This document shows, piece by piece, positions 24,655 to 33,606 of a stretch of DNA of 40,257 nt; position 1 is the first letter of the stretch, and each line of letters opens with the position of its first letter. The notes under the pieces are model-generated. The model did not search any database. It was not told where the DNA came from and saw only the letters and a list, made by a program, of their open reading frames with translations. The translations under genes were made by a program, and so were the position numbers. This stretch comes from a bacterium (GTDB taxonomy: Archaea > Aenigmatarchaeota > Aenigmatarchaeia > CG10238-14 > SCSR01), in assembly GCA_027310405.1 (NCBI GenBank), contig DAIDAX010000003.1:1-40257 (forward strand), given 5' to 3'.

Positions 24655-27495
24655 AATTGCAGGTTTCAAAACATCAGCTTGTTTCGCTTTTTCTTCTGTA
24701 GATTTTTCTGCTTCTTCAATTACAACTTTTGTTTTAAGTTGTTGTTCTAAAAATCTTTTTGCTTCTGTAAAAATTTTTAACTGAGTCTTACGATCTACAA
24801 ATTCTTTTGGAAGTTCATTTAATTTTTTAGAAATTGTTTGAATGAATTTTACAAGTTGTTGTTTGTCAACAGATTTTATTTTTTCCATACTATATTTTAT
24901 CATAGCTTCCATTGCAACAGATTTGTTCTTGATTATATGTTTGTACAATTCAAATTTCCATTTAGGAGCAACAAAAATAAGAACCTCTATAGGTTTAACT
25001 CCAGTTATTTTTTGAATTTGTCTTACATCCTGCAGCGTTTTTTCTAACAACTGTTCGGACAATTCTACATTCTTGTTGATAAGTTTTTTATTTGATTCTG
25101 GCCATTTTGCAAGAGCAACAAATTCTTTTTCTCCAAGCATTTCCCAAAACTCTTCAGCTATGTGAGGCAAAATTGGCGCATTTAATTTTATAAAACATGA
25201 AAGAACCTTTTTCAATATTTTCGAATTACAGTTGTCAACTCCTTCAGATCTATCGATGTACCATTTTAAATCATTCAATAGTTTATAGAATGAATGAGTA
25301 ATTGCCGATCTGAATTTTAATTCTTCATAATTTTTTGTTGCTAAGTCGATTATTGTCTGCAATCTACTTTTGAGATAAATATCTGTAGTGGAGGAATTAC
25401 TCCTAGAAGCTTTTCCAATATTGTTAATCATGTATTCAACAAAATCAAGTCTGCTTGTGAAAGACTCTATGTTTGAAGATTTCCAACCTGCATCGTTCAT
25501 GTCTTCGTTTGAACTAACTATATTCATTCTCACCATATCTGCACCGTAGTCTTCTACCAATTTTCTTAGAGGTATGATGTTCCCTTTTGATTTTGCCATC
25601 TTCTCTCCAGAAACTTGGACAAAACCATTTACAGAGAATGCTTTAGGCCAAAATTTCTGAGGCCAAATTGCAGTGTGGTGGAACAACATGAAAGTCAAAT
25701 GATTTGGGATAAGTTCTTTTGCGGAATTTCTTAAATCCACGGGATAAAAATATGTGAATTCTTTACGCATTTCTTGCAAAGTTTTTTTATTAATACCACT
25801 TTTCTTTGAAACTGAAGCAACAGTTCCCCTGTTCAAGAAAACTAAATCAAATATTTCGTCTGTCAATTGTTTGGCTGAAATTTTTCCCGAGTTTAGGAAA
25901 TGTGCTATTATGTAGAAAGCCATGTAGATTGTTGAATCGCTCAGAGTTTCAATTTTCCATTCTGGATCCCACGGTAAAGGTGTTCCCAATCCAGTTTTTC
26001 GTGTGCACGCCTTATCTTCCAGCCAGTCTATCGTGTTTTCAAACTGAATTCTTGATTCTTCAGGATAAAGTTTCATCTGAGACAAATTTTTCTTCACGAG
26101 CGATTTCCATTTATTGTCTGAAAATTTCAAGAACCATTGGTTCTCCAAAATTTTTACATGATTAGGAGTATTGCATCTACAAATTACTGGTCCAGTAAGT
26201 TCCCACATTGTTTCAGCAAAACCATTTCTTTCAAAATCTTTAACAATTTTTTCTTTGACATCAGAAACTTTTTGTCCAGCATATTTTCCAAAAATACTTT
26301 TTAAAAGTCCGGTGTGGAATTCTTTTTTGTAAAGTTCATTTGTGGCCTTGTCCAATTTGTCTATGTCTCCCTCACTTTCGATTTTCATTTTCTCAGAAAT
26401 ATCAACTGCTGGATTTTCACCAAATCCATCAACGTCAATAATCGATATAGGATGTAAGTTTTTCACAACCCCTTCCGGTACATTGTATTTCGTTGCTCTC
26501 TCAGGATGCAACTGAAGTTCTCTCAATCCAATCCAATCATACGGAGCATGAGCTGGAACTGACATAACAATCCCGGTTCCTGTTTTCGGATCTACGAAAT
26601 AAGCTGGAAGAATTGGAACTTTTACTTTCGTTGCAGGATTCTCTACGTATTCTCCGATTAATTTTTCTCCACTAATTCTATCAACGACTTCAATTTTTCT
26701 TAATTGATCCTTAAGTTTCTCTACTGCATCTTTACTTATGTACCAAATTTCTCCATTTACTTTAGCTTTGAAGTATGTGATGTCTGGATCTATCCAAATA
26801 TTTGTCACGCCGTAAATTGTTTCTGGTCGCAATGTTGCACATGGGATTACGTCACCGTTTTCAAGTCTGAATTTCAAAATTACAAATTCTATTGGACTTT
26901 CACCCTCACCAACTAATCTATCATGATCCCCAGTTGGAGACTGGTCATGAGGACACCATACGACTGGATGTGTTCCCTGTACAACATAATGTTTTTTACG
27001 CAAAGTGTTGTATTGCCAAGCGATGAACTTGTTGTACGCTGGTGTTATTGCAGTTACAAAACTTCTTCTCCAGTCAATCGAAAATCCCATCATTTTAAAA
27101 TTTTCAATCCATTTTTGCATCCAATATTTTGCTACAAACTCTGGTCCATTCTTTACAAAATTTTCTAAGTCTTCATCAGTTGCTCCGAAAAGTTTGAAAG
27201 TTTCAATTTGTGTTTGGTCATTTTGTTGTAATCGTTCTATCGTTCCAAGAATTGGTTCGCCAGTTGCATGGAATGCCTGTGGAAAGAGAACATTGTATCC
27301 TTGCATTCTCTTGAATCTCGCATAAACATCGCCGCGAGAAAAAGTGAAAGTATGCCCGACGTGCGGGCTTCCGTTCATGTAAGGAAATGGAATCGTGATG
27401 AAAAATTTTTTCTTTTTCTTGTTGATGTTAGCTTCGAAAACTTTCGCTTCAGCCCATCTATTTTGCCACTTCCGTTCGACAGCTCTAAAATCCAT
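24640..27495 (-). CDS. leuS: Leucyl-tRNA synthetase (archaeal type)
   Basis: FPYMNGSPHVGH, IDWRRSF, ATLRPET, VMSVPAHAP, LSDSTIYMA, KMAKS; likely start MDFRAVE. Confidence 0.97.
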   Translation of the reverse strand: MDFRAVERKWQNRWAEAKVFEANINKKKKKFFITIPFPYMNGSPHVGHTFTFSRGDVYARFKRMQGYNVLFPQAFHATGEPILGTIERLQQNDQTQIETFKLFGATDEDLENFVKNGPEFVAKYWMQKWIENFKMMGFSIDWRRSFVTAITPAYNKFIAWQYNTLRKKHYVVQGTHPVVWCPHDQSPTGDHDRLVGEGESPIEFVILKFRLENGDVIPCATLRPETIYGVTNIWIDPDITYFKAKVNGEIWYISKDAVEKLKDQLRKIEVVDRISGEKLIGEYVENPATKVKVPILPAYFVDPKTGTGIVMSVPAHAPYDWIGLRELQLHPERATKYNVPEGVVKNLHPISIIDVDGFGENPAVDISEKMKIESEGDIDKLDKATNELYKKEFHTGLLKSIFGKYAGQKVSDVKEKIVKDFERNGFAETMWELTGPVICRCNTPNHVKILENQWFLKFSDNKWKSLVKKNLSQMKLYPEESRIQFENTIDWLEDKACTRKTGLGTPLPWDPEWKIETLSDSTIYMAFYIIAHFLNSGKISAKQLTDEIFDLVFLNRGTVASVSKKSGINKKTLQEMRKEFTYFYPVDLRNSAKELIPNHLTFMLFHHTAIWPQKFWPKAFSVNGFVQVSGEKMAKSKGNIIPLRKLVEDYGADMVRMNIVSSNEDMNDAGWKSSNIESFTSRLDFVEYMINNIGKASRSNSSTTDIYLKSRLQTIIDLATKNYEELKFRSAITHSFYKLLNDLKWYIDRSEGVDNCNSKILKKVLSCFIKLNAPILPHIAEEFWEMLGEKEFVALAKWPESNKKLINKNVELSEQLLEKTLQDVRQIQKITGVKPIEVLIFVAPKWKFELYKHIIKNKSVAMEAMIKYSMEKIKSVDKQQLVKFIQTISKKLNELPKEFVDRKTQLKIFTEAKRFLEQQLKTKVVIEEAEKSTEEKAKQADVLKPAILLRQ

Positions 27496-27538
27496 AACTA
27501 AGATATGCTTTTTTAAATTCAATTAATTAATTGTCTAA

Positions 27539-27613
27539 GCCCGCGTAGCTCAGTTTGGATAGAGCAGCTCCCTTCTAAGGAGAAGGTCGAGGGTTCAAAT
27601 CCCTCCGTGGGCA
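27539..27613 (+). tRNA. tRNA-Arg(TCT), integration target
   Basis: GCCCGCG-TA-GCTC/GAGC-GCTCC[CT TCT AA]GGAGA-GAGGG[TTCAAAT]CCCTC-CGTGGGC-A. Confidence 0.95.
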
Positions 27614-27670
27614 TAACGCTTACGGGTAAAAGTAGTGGGCTATTAATCTTTAATGAATTAACAAACTATC

Positions 27671-28723
27671 GTGTCTAACGGAAAAGATATTTCGACAGTT
27701 CAACAGAAAATTCGCGATTCTGAAATTCCGATAAAAAACAAAGAATTAATTTTAAAATTTTTGAACGAGGGTTTAGCAAACGGATTGAGCGAGAGTAGAT
27801 TAGTGAAGTATGGTTATTTGTTGCCGAAAATTTCAGAACTTCTCGGAAAAGAATTTGACGAAGCTACTCGCGACGATATTGTAAAATTAGTTGCAAAAGT
27901 CGAGCAAACCGATTACAGAGATTGGACGAAGCACGATTACAAAGCTATTGTAAAGCGTTTTTGGAAGTGGTTAAAGAAAACAGAACAATATCCCGTAGAA
28001 GTGTCGTGGTTAAAGACAACTGTAAAAAAGAATCACGAATTGCCGGATATCTTAACGGAAGAGGAAGTCGAAAAAATTGTTGCGTCAGCTGACAACTATC
28101 GGGATAAAGCGTTCATTACAGTTCTCTACGAATCCGGCTGTCGAATTAGCGAAGTATTAAATATGAAACTTCGCGACGTTCATTTTGACAAATATTCTCC
28201 GATAATAACTGTCAATGGTAAGACAGGCTCGAGACGAATCCGATTGATTGACAAAAATAATTTTTTGAAAATGCTATTGGATTCACACACGTTCAAAGAC
28301 AATCCGGAAGCTTATGTTTGGATTTCTCGAGCGAGAAATTCCGAAAATTCTCCGTTAAGTTATAGACACGCTTCAGAAATCATAAAGCGTTTGTCAAAAC
28401 TAGCTGGAATCAACAAAAAAATTTATTGTCATTTGTTTAGACATAGCCGAGCAACATTTTTAGCGAACAAACTTACTGAAAGTCAGCTGAAACAACTTTT
28501 CGGCTGGACGGCTGGAAGCGATATGCCGGCAACTTACGTTCATTTGAGCGGACGCGACATAGACGACGCTTTATTAAAATTAAATAGTGCTTTTGAAGAA
28601 AAGCGGGAAAAAGAAGCCAAATTAATTAATTCACTTGATGACGCTCTCGAATCCGATTCAGATTTCAGAAAGAAAATTGCTAGAATACTTTTGGAAAAAG
28701 GAATCAAAACTTCAAAATTTTGA
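27671..28723 (+). CDS. Tyrosine recombinase/integrase
   Basis: R (YESGCRISE), K (NGKTG), HxxR (HLFRH), W (FGW), Y (PATYVHL); N-terminal SAM-like domain. Confidence 0.95.
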   Translation: MSNGKDISTVQQKIRDSEIPIKNKELILKFLNEGLANGLSESRLVKYGYLLPKISELLGKEFDEATRDDIVKLVAKVEQTDYRDWTKHDYKAIVKRFWKWLKKTEQYPVEVSWLKTTVKKNHELPDILTEEEVEKIVASADNYRDKAFITVLYESGCRISEVLNMKLRDVHFDKYSPIITVNGKTGSRRIRLIDKNNFLKMLLDSHTFKDNPEAYVWISRARNSENSPLSYRHASEIIKRLSKLAGINKKIYCHLFRHSRATFLANKLTESQLKQLFGWTAGSDMPATYVHLSGRDIDDALLKLNSAFEEKREKEAKLINSLDDALESDSDFRKKIARILLEKGIKTSKF

Positions 28724-29539
28724 TTATTCAAGTAAATTCTTTATTTCGTCATAACTCATACCGATAGCCGTCTCTAATTTTCTATATTTTTTGTTTTGCG
28801 ACAATCTTCTTCTGAAAGCGTCTCTATCAGAATCAAAATTCGCTAAGTCGTACTCGTGCATAGTTCCGAAAGAAAAGTTAGGATTCCACTCTAAAAGGCT
28901 CGTGTAAATAATTTTCAAAAATTCGTCTGGAACTTCCGCGGTTTGATTGTTTATGACGAAGTTTGAAAGAAAAATTCTTGTCTGTGTAATCAAGTCTTTT
29001 GGAACAGCATTATGGACGTAATAATTAAAAAACGAAGCCGGAGCTGTAATGTCTCCTTTCTCTACTTGCACTAGTTTGATTAGTACCGGTACTAAACATA
29101 ACATAACCGGCATTGTCTTGCTGTAAAATTGATAAATTTGTTTTCGTGTTAACTCAAACTGAGAACTAGTGAAAAGAATTTTCAATTCGTCAAGTTCAAA
29201 TATTTTTTTTAATCCGTTTGTAGAATAAAAATCTCGGATTAATTCAAAATTTTTGAAAAATGGTGGACAACGTTTCTCTGAAGCGTCTTTCAACATTTTC
29301 CAGAAAGCACTATCGTTTGTTTGGTAGATTTTTTCTGTTCTTTCAAAATTCCCGATTGATTTCTCTTCAACAACATTTAGTTTCTTCCCGCTAACCAGCT
29401 TTTCAATTACATTGGCTTTTTCGTAAAGGTAATTGCTTTCATATCCCAAAATTTTGGAAATTTGTTTCAAATTTTTTGGAGTTCGACACGCAATGAAAAC
29501 CAAAAATTCTAGTTCTTCTTCAATTCCGTTTTTTTCCAC
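28724..29539 (-). CDS. Winged-HTH protein, putative element repressor
   Basis: N-terminal PKNLKQISKILGYESNYLY...IEKLVSGKKL...KIYQ wHTH pattern; divergent from the main operon. Confidence 0.65.
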   Translation of the reverse strand: MEKNGIEEELEFLVFIACRTPKNLKQISKILGYESNYLYEKANVIEKLVSGKKLNVVEEKSIGNFERTEKIYQTNDSAFWKMLKDASEKRCPPFFKNFELIRDFYSTNGLKKIFELDELKILFTSSQFELTRKQIYQFYSKTMPVMLCLVPVLIKLVQVEKGDITAPASFFNYYVHNAVPKDLITQTRIFLSNFVINNQTAEVPDEFLKIIYTSLLEWNPNFSFGTMHEYDLANFDSDRDAFRRRLSQNKKYRKLETAIGMSYDEIKNLLE

Positions 29540-29584
29540 GTACCGACATTGGAAGTTAAAGGATATAAAATTGATAATCTCTCC

Positions 29585-29731
29585 GTGAGAAAAAATTTAC
29601 AGAAAATTAAGCCGTATTTTCTGCGATTAACTGAAAATGATTACGAAAAACTTAATCGAATTATGCAGAGCGGTAGATACCGTACTCGCATAGATTTTTT
29701 CCAACAAAAAATTCGAGATGAAAAATTATGA
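29585..29731 (+). CDS. Ribbon-helix-helix (CopG-like) regulator
   Basis: YFLRLTENDYEKLNRIMQSGRYRTRIDFFQQKIR; GTG start downstream of TATAAAA. Confidence 0.7.
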   Translation: MRKNLQKIKPYFLRLTENDYEKLNRIMQSGRYRTRIDFFQQKIRDEKL

Positions 29732-29832
29732 ATAAGCGAGGTTTTTCTCTATTGCTTGAAGAAATGCAGAAACTCGAAGCGGAAGAAAAGAGCGAATCAT
29801 ATCTCGCTAATCAAAAGGAAGTGAAAGAATAA
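29728..29832 (+). CDS. Small hypothetical protein, 34 aa (MNKRGFSLLLEEMQKLEAEEK...)
   Basis: ATGA overlap upstream and TAATG overlap downstream, consistent with translational coupling on both sides. Confidence 0.6.
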   Translation: MNKRGFSLLLEEMQKLEAEEKSESYLANQKEVKE

Positions 29833-30017
29833 TGGTTTTTAAAATATTTGTATGCGATTCTAACGTCCTCGTCAAAAATGCTATGACTATCGAGTGTCCG
29901 CGTTGCAATTCCAAATTCAAGTATGCAATCGGTTCTTATTGTCCGAAATGTCTCCACGACGGAGTAGAATCTGAGCTTGTTATTGTTTTACCTGAGGAGA
30001 AGAGGCAAAATGTCTAG
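29832..30017 (+). CDS. Small zinc-finger protein
   Basis: CPRC...CPKC. Confidence 0.7.
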   Translation: MVFKIFVCDSNVLVKNAMTIECPRCNSKFKYAIGSYCPKCLHDGVESELVIVLPEEKRQNV

Positions 30018-30279
30018 CAAACAGACGGCTTCCCGCAATAAAAAAATTTCTCTGACTCGAGAATTAATTGCAATCGCTACAGATTCTCTGTTTCAAGAAA
30101 AAAACTGTTGGGACAGAATACACGCGAAGAAGTACGCTAAAAGTGTGCTATCGCTTGAAGCTCTTCTGAGAATCGTAAACCCGAATTTCACAGTAAGGAT
30201 AGAACGGGGAGTAATTCCCAAACAATCAAACCCACACGACATAGACTTTTCGAAGGACGCAAACTACACGCGAAAGTGA
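30010..30279 (+). CDS. Hypothetical protein, 89 aa
   Basis: ATG 30010 after a purine-rich SD; in the operon. Confidence 0.65.
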   Translation: MSSKQTASRNKKISLTRELIAIATDSLFQEKNCWDRIHAKKYAKSVLSLEALLRIVNPNFTVRIERGVIPKQSNPHDIDFSKDANYTRK

Positions 30280-30283
30280 GAAT

Positions 30284-31726
30284 ATGGACGAAAATGAATC
30301 TAATGCAAAAATAAATTTTGATGGAAGTTCTTTTATTAAAATTAATCCGGCGATAGATTTTGTAAATGGTGTCGCGTATTTCGGATTAGTGCTTCCGGCT
30401 TATGTCTTGAAAGAGATTGAGAGTTCTATCGAGACAGTAGAAGAAAATTATCCTTTTCTTATTACCAGCAAACTTGAAAATTTTCCAGCTGACGCAAATT
30501 CCTTAGCAAAAAGAAAAATTATATTAATCGGAGATGTTTCAAACTTAGAAACACGCTGGAGTCTGAAATCAATAAAAGATTTTTTAAATAGTTGGAGTGA
30601 AATTTTAGATTTCGACGATGTTCTTACTGAAATTAAAGAAACTTTAGAAACTTTCATAGAGTTTCCTGAACCAGAGTGGGCAACAGTTGTCGCTCTGTAC
30701 ATAATCGCAACTTATTTTCACCAAATATTCGAAGCGTTTGGAATTTTGTATATCAGCGGGACGAAACGCTCTGGAAAATCGAAATTGGGAAACATAATTT
30801 CGAATCTAGGCTTTAACGGAATAAAATCCGGCTCGATTACTCCGTCAGCAATGTATAGAACTGTACAAAACCTAAGAGCTACGTTTGTAATTGACGAAGC
30901 CGAAAAGTTTGGGGAAGACACTGAGAAAGCTCAGCTTTTGAAAACAATTTTGCTTAACGGATACAAAAAAGGCTCGAGAGTACTTCGCTCAGCCGACAGC
31001 AAAAAGAATTTTGAATTGGAATTCTTTGAAACTTATTCACCAAAAGTAATTTGCAACATATCCGGTATTTCACTCGAACCGCTCGAAGATAGAACGATTA
31101 CTTTAACAATGCTGACGGGAACGAATCGCGAAATAATCAATCGAGAATTACCAGGAGAGAGCGAAAATGTTTGGGGAGATGTGAGAGACAAACTGTATAC
31201 CTTGACTATGCAAAAGTTCGAAGATGTAAAGGAATTATCCGGTATGATTGCCGTACCGGAATTTTTATCTGCGAGAGAATGGGAAAATTGGAAGCCGATA
31301 TTCGTCGTTGCAAGTTTATGTAAGAAAATAGATTTTGATAAATTCCAAGAATTTGTTAAACAGATTGTTGGTGTCAAAGCTACAGAACAGGAAAGCGAAA
31401 GTCTTGATGTTTCCGTACTGAAAGCCGTCGAAACATTTCTAATTGCCGGAGAGAAGGAATGGGTTTCGATAAAAGAGTTGACGGACACCACGAATGCGAT
31501 TGAAGGACGAGCCGAAAAGGAAAGTTATGGTACAAAAACGGTTGGAAGAGTCTTGAAGCGACTAGGTTTTGAAGGCAAAGATTACAAACGTCGAGTTAGT
31601 ACCGGACGGGAATACAGATTCCCGCTTAAAGATTTTCTCGATAGATGTCGCCGATTAAATGTGGAAGTAAGCTCGGAACTGACAGAAAAAATGAAGCAAG
31701 AACGTTTAGACGAGGTGAAAAAATAA
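30284..31726 (+). CDS. P-loop NTPase, putative replicative helicase/initiator with C-terminal winged helix (DUF3631-like)
   Basis: Walker A GTKRSGKS, Walker B FVIDEAE, LLNGYKKG, Arg-finger-like PLEDR; C-terminal WVSIKEL...TKTVGRVLKRLGF. Confidence 0.75.
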   Translation: MDENESNAKINFDGSSFIKINPAIDFVNGVAYFGLVLPAYVLKEIESSIETVEENYPFLITSKLENFPADANSLAKRKIILIGDVSNLETRWSLKSIKDFLNSWSEILDFDDVLTEIKETLETFIEFPEPEWATVVALYIIATYFHQIFEAFGILYISGTKRSGKSKLGNIISNLGFNGIKSGSITPSAMYRTVQNLRATFVIDEAEKFGEDTEKAQLLKTILLNGYKKGSRVLRSADSKKNFELEFFETYSPKVICNISGISLEPLEDRTITLTMLTGTNREIINRELPGESENVWGDVRDKLYTLTMQKFEDVKELSGMIAVPEFLSAREWENWKPIFVVASLCKKIDFDKFQEFVKQIVGVKATEQESESLDVSVLKAVETFLIAGEKEWVSIKELTDTTNAIEGRAEKESYGTKTVGRVLKRLGFEGKDYKRRVSTGREYRFPLKDFLDRCRRLNVEVSSELTEKMKQERLDEVKK

Positions 31727-32484
31727 TGTTTGGACACGGGAATAAAGAAACAAAGGAATATGAATTCAGATTGACACGGGAACAACTTGATAAAGTAAAA
31801 GACGACTTGAAGAGATTCAATGATGAAACTCTTGCGAAAATGTTTGTAGATTATCAAACACAAACAAATACGAAAATCGAATCAAAACTGAAAGAAACTC
31901 AAACTCTTGTTGAGAATCAGAACAAAGCTTTGAAAAACGCTTGTTTCAAATCTGATTTGAATAAAGTCGAAGCTAGAGCTGAGCAAACCATAACTGAGGG
32001 GTTGAAGGAGATTGATGACGCTCAGAAAAAGCTAGTTTCAGAATTGAACAAAGGAGAATGGACTTATCGCGAAGTCAACAGAGAGGCGATAACTCAAGAA
32101 GTGAGAACTCAGCTTTGGGAAGTTCAAAACGCTTTAAGCACTTCGATAAACGAAAAGGCAAAAGAAATTCAGAACGCTATCCTACAACACCTACCTTCGA
32201 CAGAAAAGCTATCGTTAGAAGTTTTGAACAAAGTTTTTCAGAAAATTAAAGAAATCTATCTCGAAGAGTATACTCGGCTTGAACAGAAAGCTTACCTTGA
32301 AATCAAAGAATTGATAGGAAAGAAAGTTGTCGAAATGATAGCCGAAGAGGAAAAGAAGATTGGAGAGATAAAGTTCGCTTTGTCCTCTGGACTAAAGGGA
32401 GAGCAATACAAACAAAAGCGTTATGAGTTGGACGTTGAGAAACAGAACCTTAACAAGATGAAACAAGTACAAGATAAAATCTAA
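31726..32484 (+). CDS. Coiled-coil protein, 252 aa
   Basis: GAGGTGA SD, TAATG coupling to the helicase-like gene; E/K/Q/L-rich with only one Pro. Confidence 0.8.
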   Translation: MFGHGNKETKEYEFRLTREQLDKVKDDLKRFNDETLAKMFVDYQTQTNTKIESKLKETQTLVENQNKALKNACFKSDLNKVEARAEQTITEGLKEIDDAQKKLVSELNKGEWTYREVNREAITQEVRTQLWEVQNALSTSINEKAKEIQNAILQHLPSTEKLSLEVLNKVFQKIKEIYLEEYTRLEQKAYLEIKELIGKKVVEMIAEEEKKIGEIKFALSSGLKGEQYKQKRYELDVEKQNLNKMKQVQDKI

Positions 32485-32590
32485 TTAATGATAGGTATAA
32501 TGAGAGTCTCCCGCGAAAATAAATAATATAATTATTTATTGAGTGGACAGGGGGAGGGGGGTACTGAAATTTTTTGATGTGTCAAAAACA

Positions 32591-32721
32591 AACGACATTA
32601 CGACACTAACGACACAAACGACACCTAAGAAGTGTCGTTCAAGTGTCGTTTTAGTGTCGTTTAATATAATTTATTCCGTTTTTAGTGTCGTTTCTTCTTA
32701 GTAAGTGTCGTTAGTGTCGTT
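32591..32721. repeat. Iteron-like array (AACGACAC[T]): 4 forward and 6 inverted copies; putative origin
   Basis: Forward copies at 32591, 32599, 32608, 32617; exact AGTGTCGTT at 32631, 32642, 32653, 32684, 32704, 32713. Confidence 0.9.
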
Positions 32722-32826
32722 TTTTCATTGTTAAAAAAATAGGATATATAAATCAAATTTTTACCCTAACTCACTTATCACTCCGTGGGCAAACTCTTTT
32801 AATGTTCGAATTACAATTGTAGATTA

Positions 32827-33606
32827 ATGGCTACTCGTTTAATTTGTGTTACTAGTGGCAAGGGGGGAGTCGGAAAGACTACAGTCGTTTCAAATCTTGC
32901 TTCAGCTTTGACAGAACTTGGACAAAACGTTATTGCTGTTGACGCAAACTTAACAACTCCAAATCTTGGTCTGCATCTTGGATATCATCTAGCTGGAAAA
33001 ACTTTGCACGATGTTCTAAGAGGGAGAGCGAAACTAAATCAGGCAATCTATTCTCATCCGTATGGTTTCAAAATTTTACCAGCAAGCATGTCAGTAAATG
33101 ATTTGCAAAATGTTGATGTCGGACGTTTGCCATCTGCAGTTTTGGGTTTGATGGGTAAAGCCGATTATGTGTTGATGGACTCCGCAGCCGGACTCGGTAG
33201 AGAAGCTCTCTATGCTATGCAAGCATCGAATGAAATTTTAGTTGTGACAAATCCTGATTTACCGTCTGTTGCAGACGCTTTGAAAGTTGTGAAAATCGCT
33301 GAGAGAACCGACAAAAAAGTTTTGGGAGTTGTTGTCAATCGAGTGCAAAGAAAATGGCATGAACTTTCTGATTACGAAATTGAAAAAACTCTAGGACACA
33401 AAGTTCTTGTGACGATTCCAGAAGACAAAAACGTTGCAAAGGCAATAACTTTGAAAATGCCAGTTACGGAATTTGCTCCGACCACAGAATCTTCTCTTGC
33501 CATAAAACAACTTGCACACAATTTAGTTGGGAGAGAATTTCATTATCCGAAAATTACGACTGCAAAAAATTTGATCGAAAGATTAGCTTCGTGGATGACA
33601 GGTTAG
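32827..33606 (+). CDS. minD: MinD-family ATPase
   Basis: SGKGGVGKTT, VDANLTTPNL, DSAAGLG, VVVNR, IPED. Confidence 0.92.
   Translation: MATRLICVTSGKGGVGKTTVVSNLASALTELGQNVIAVDANLTTPNLGLHLGYHLAGKTLHDVLRGRAKLNQAIYSHPYGFKILPASMSVNDLQNVDVGRLPSAVLGLMGKADYVLMDSAAGLGREALYAMQASNEILVVTNPDLPSVADALKVVKIAERTDKKVLGVVVNRVQRKWHELSDYEIEKTLGHKVLVTIPEDKNVAKAITLKMPVTEFAPTTESSLAIKQLAHNLVGREFHYPKITTAKNLIERLASWMTG

Larger units (their letters stand above)
27599..32791. mobile_element. ~5.2-kb integrated element in tRNA-Arg(TCT)
   Basis: Direct repeats ATCCCTCCGTGGGCA (27599-27613) and ATCACTCCGTGGGCA (32777-32791), 14/15 identical with the last 11 exact. Integrase is adjacent to the tRNA; housekeeping genes lie outside both repeats. 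Confidence 0.9.

Noticed and set aside
25588-25602. LeuRS KMAKS instead of KMSKS as a sign of inactivation
   Set aside because: Conservative variant with both lysines kept; the rest of the enzyme is intact.
29728-29832. MNKRGFSLL as a class III (pilin) signal peptide
   Set aside because: No hydrophobic stretch follows; charged residues begin at +6.
30033-30040. Spacer 2 targeting the integrated element (CCGCAATA)
   Set aside because: Only 8 nt match, then the sequences diverge. An exhaustive spacer search was not possible by eye.
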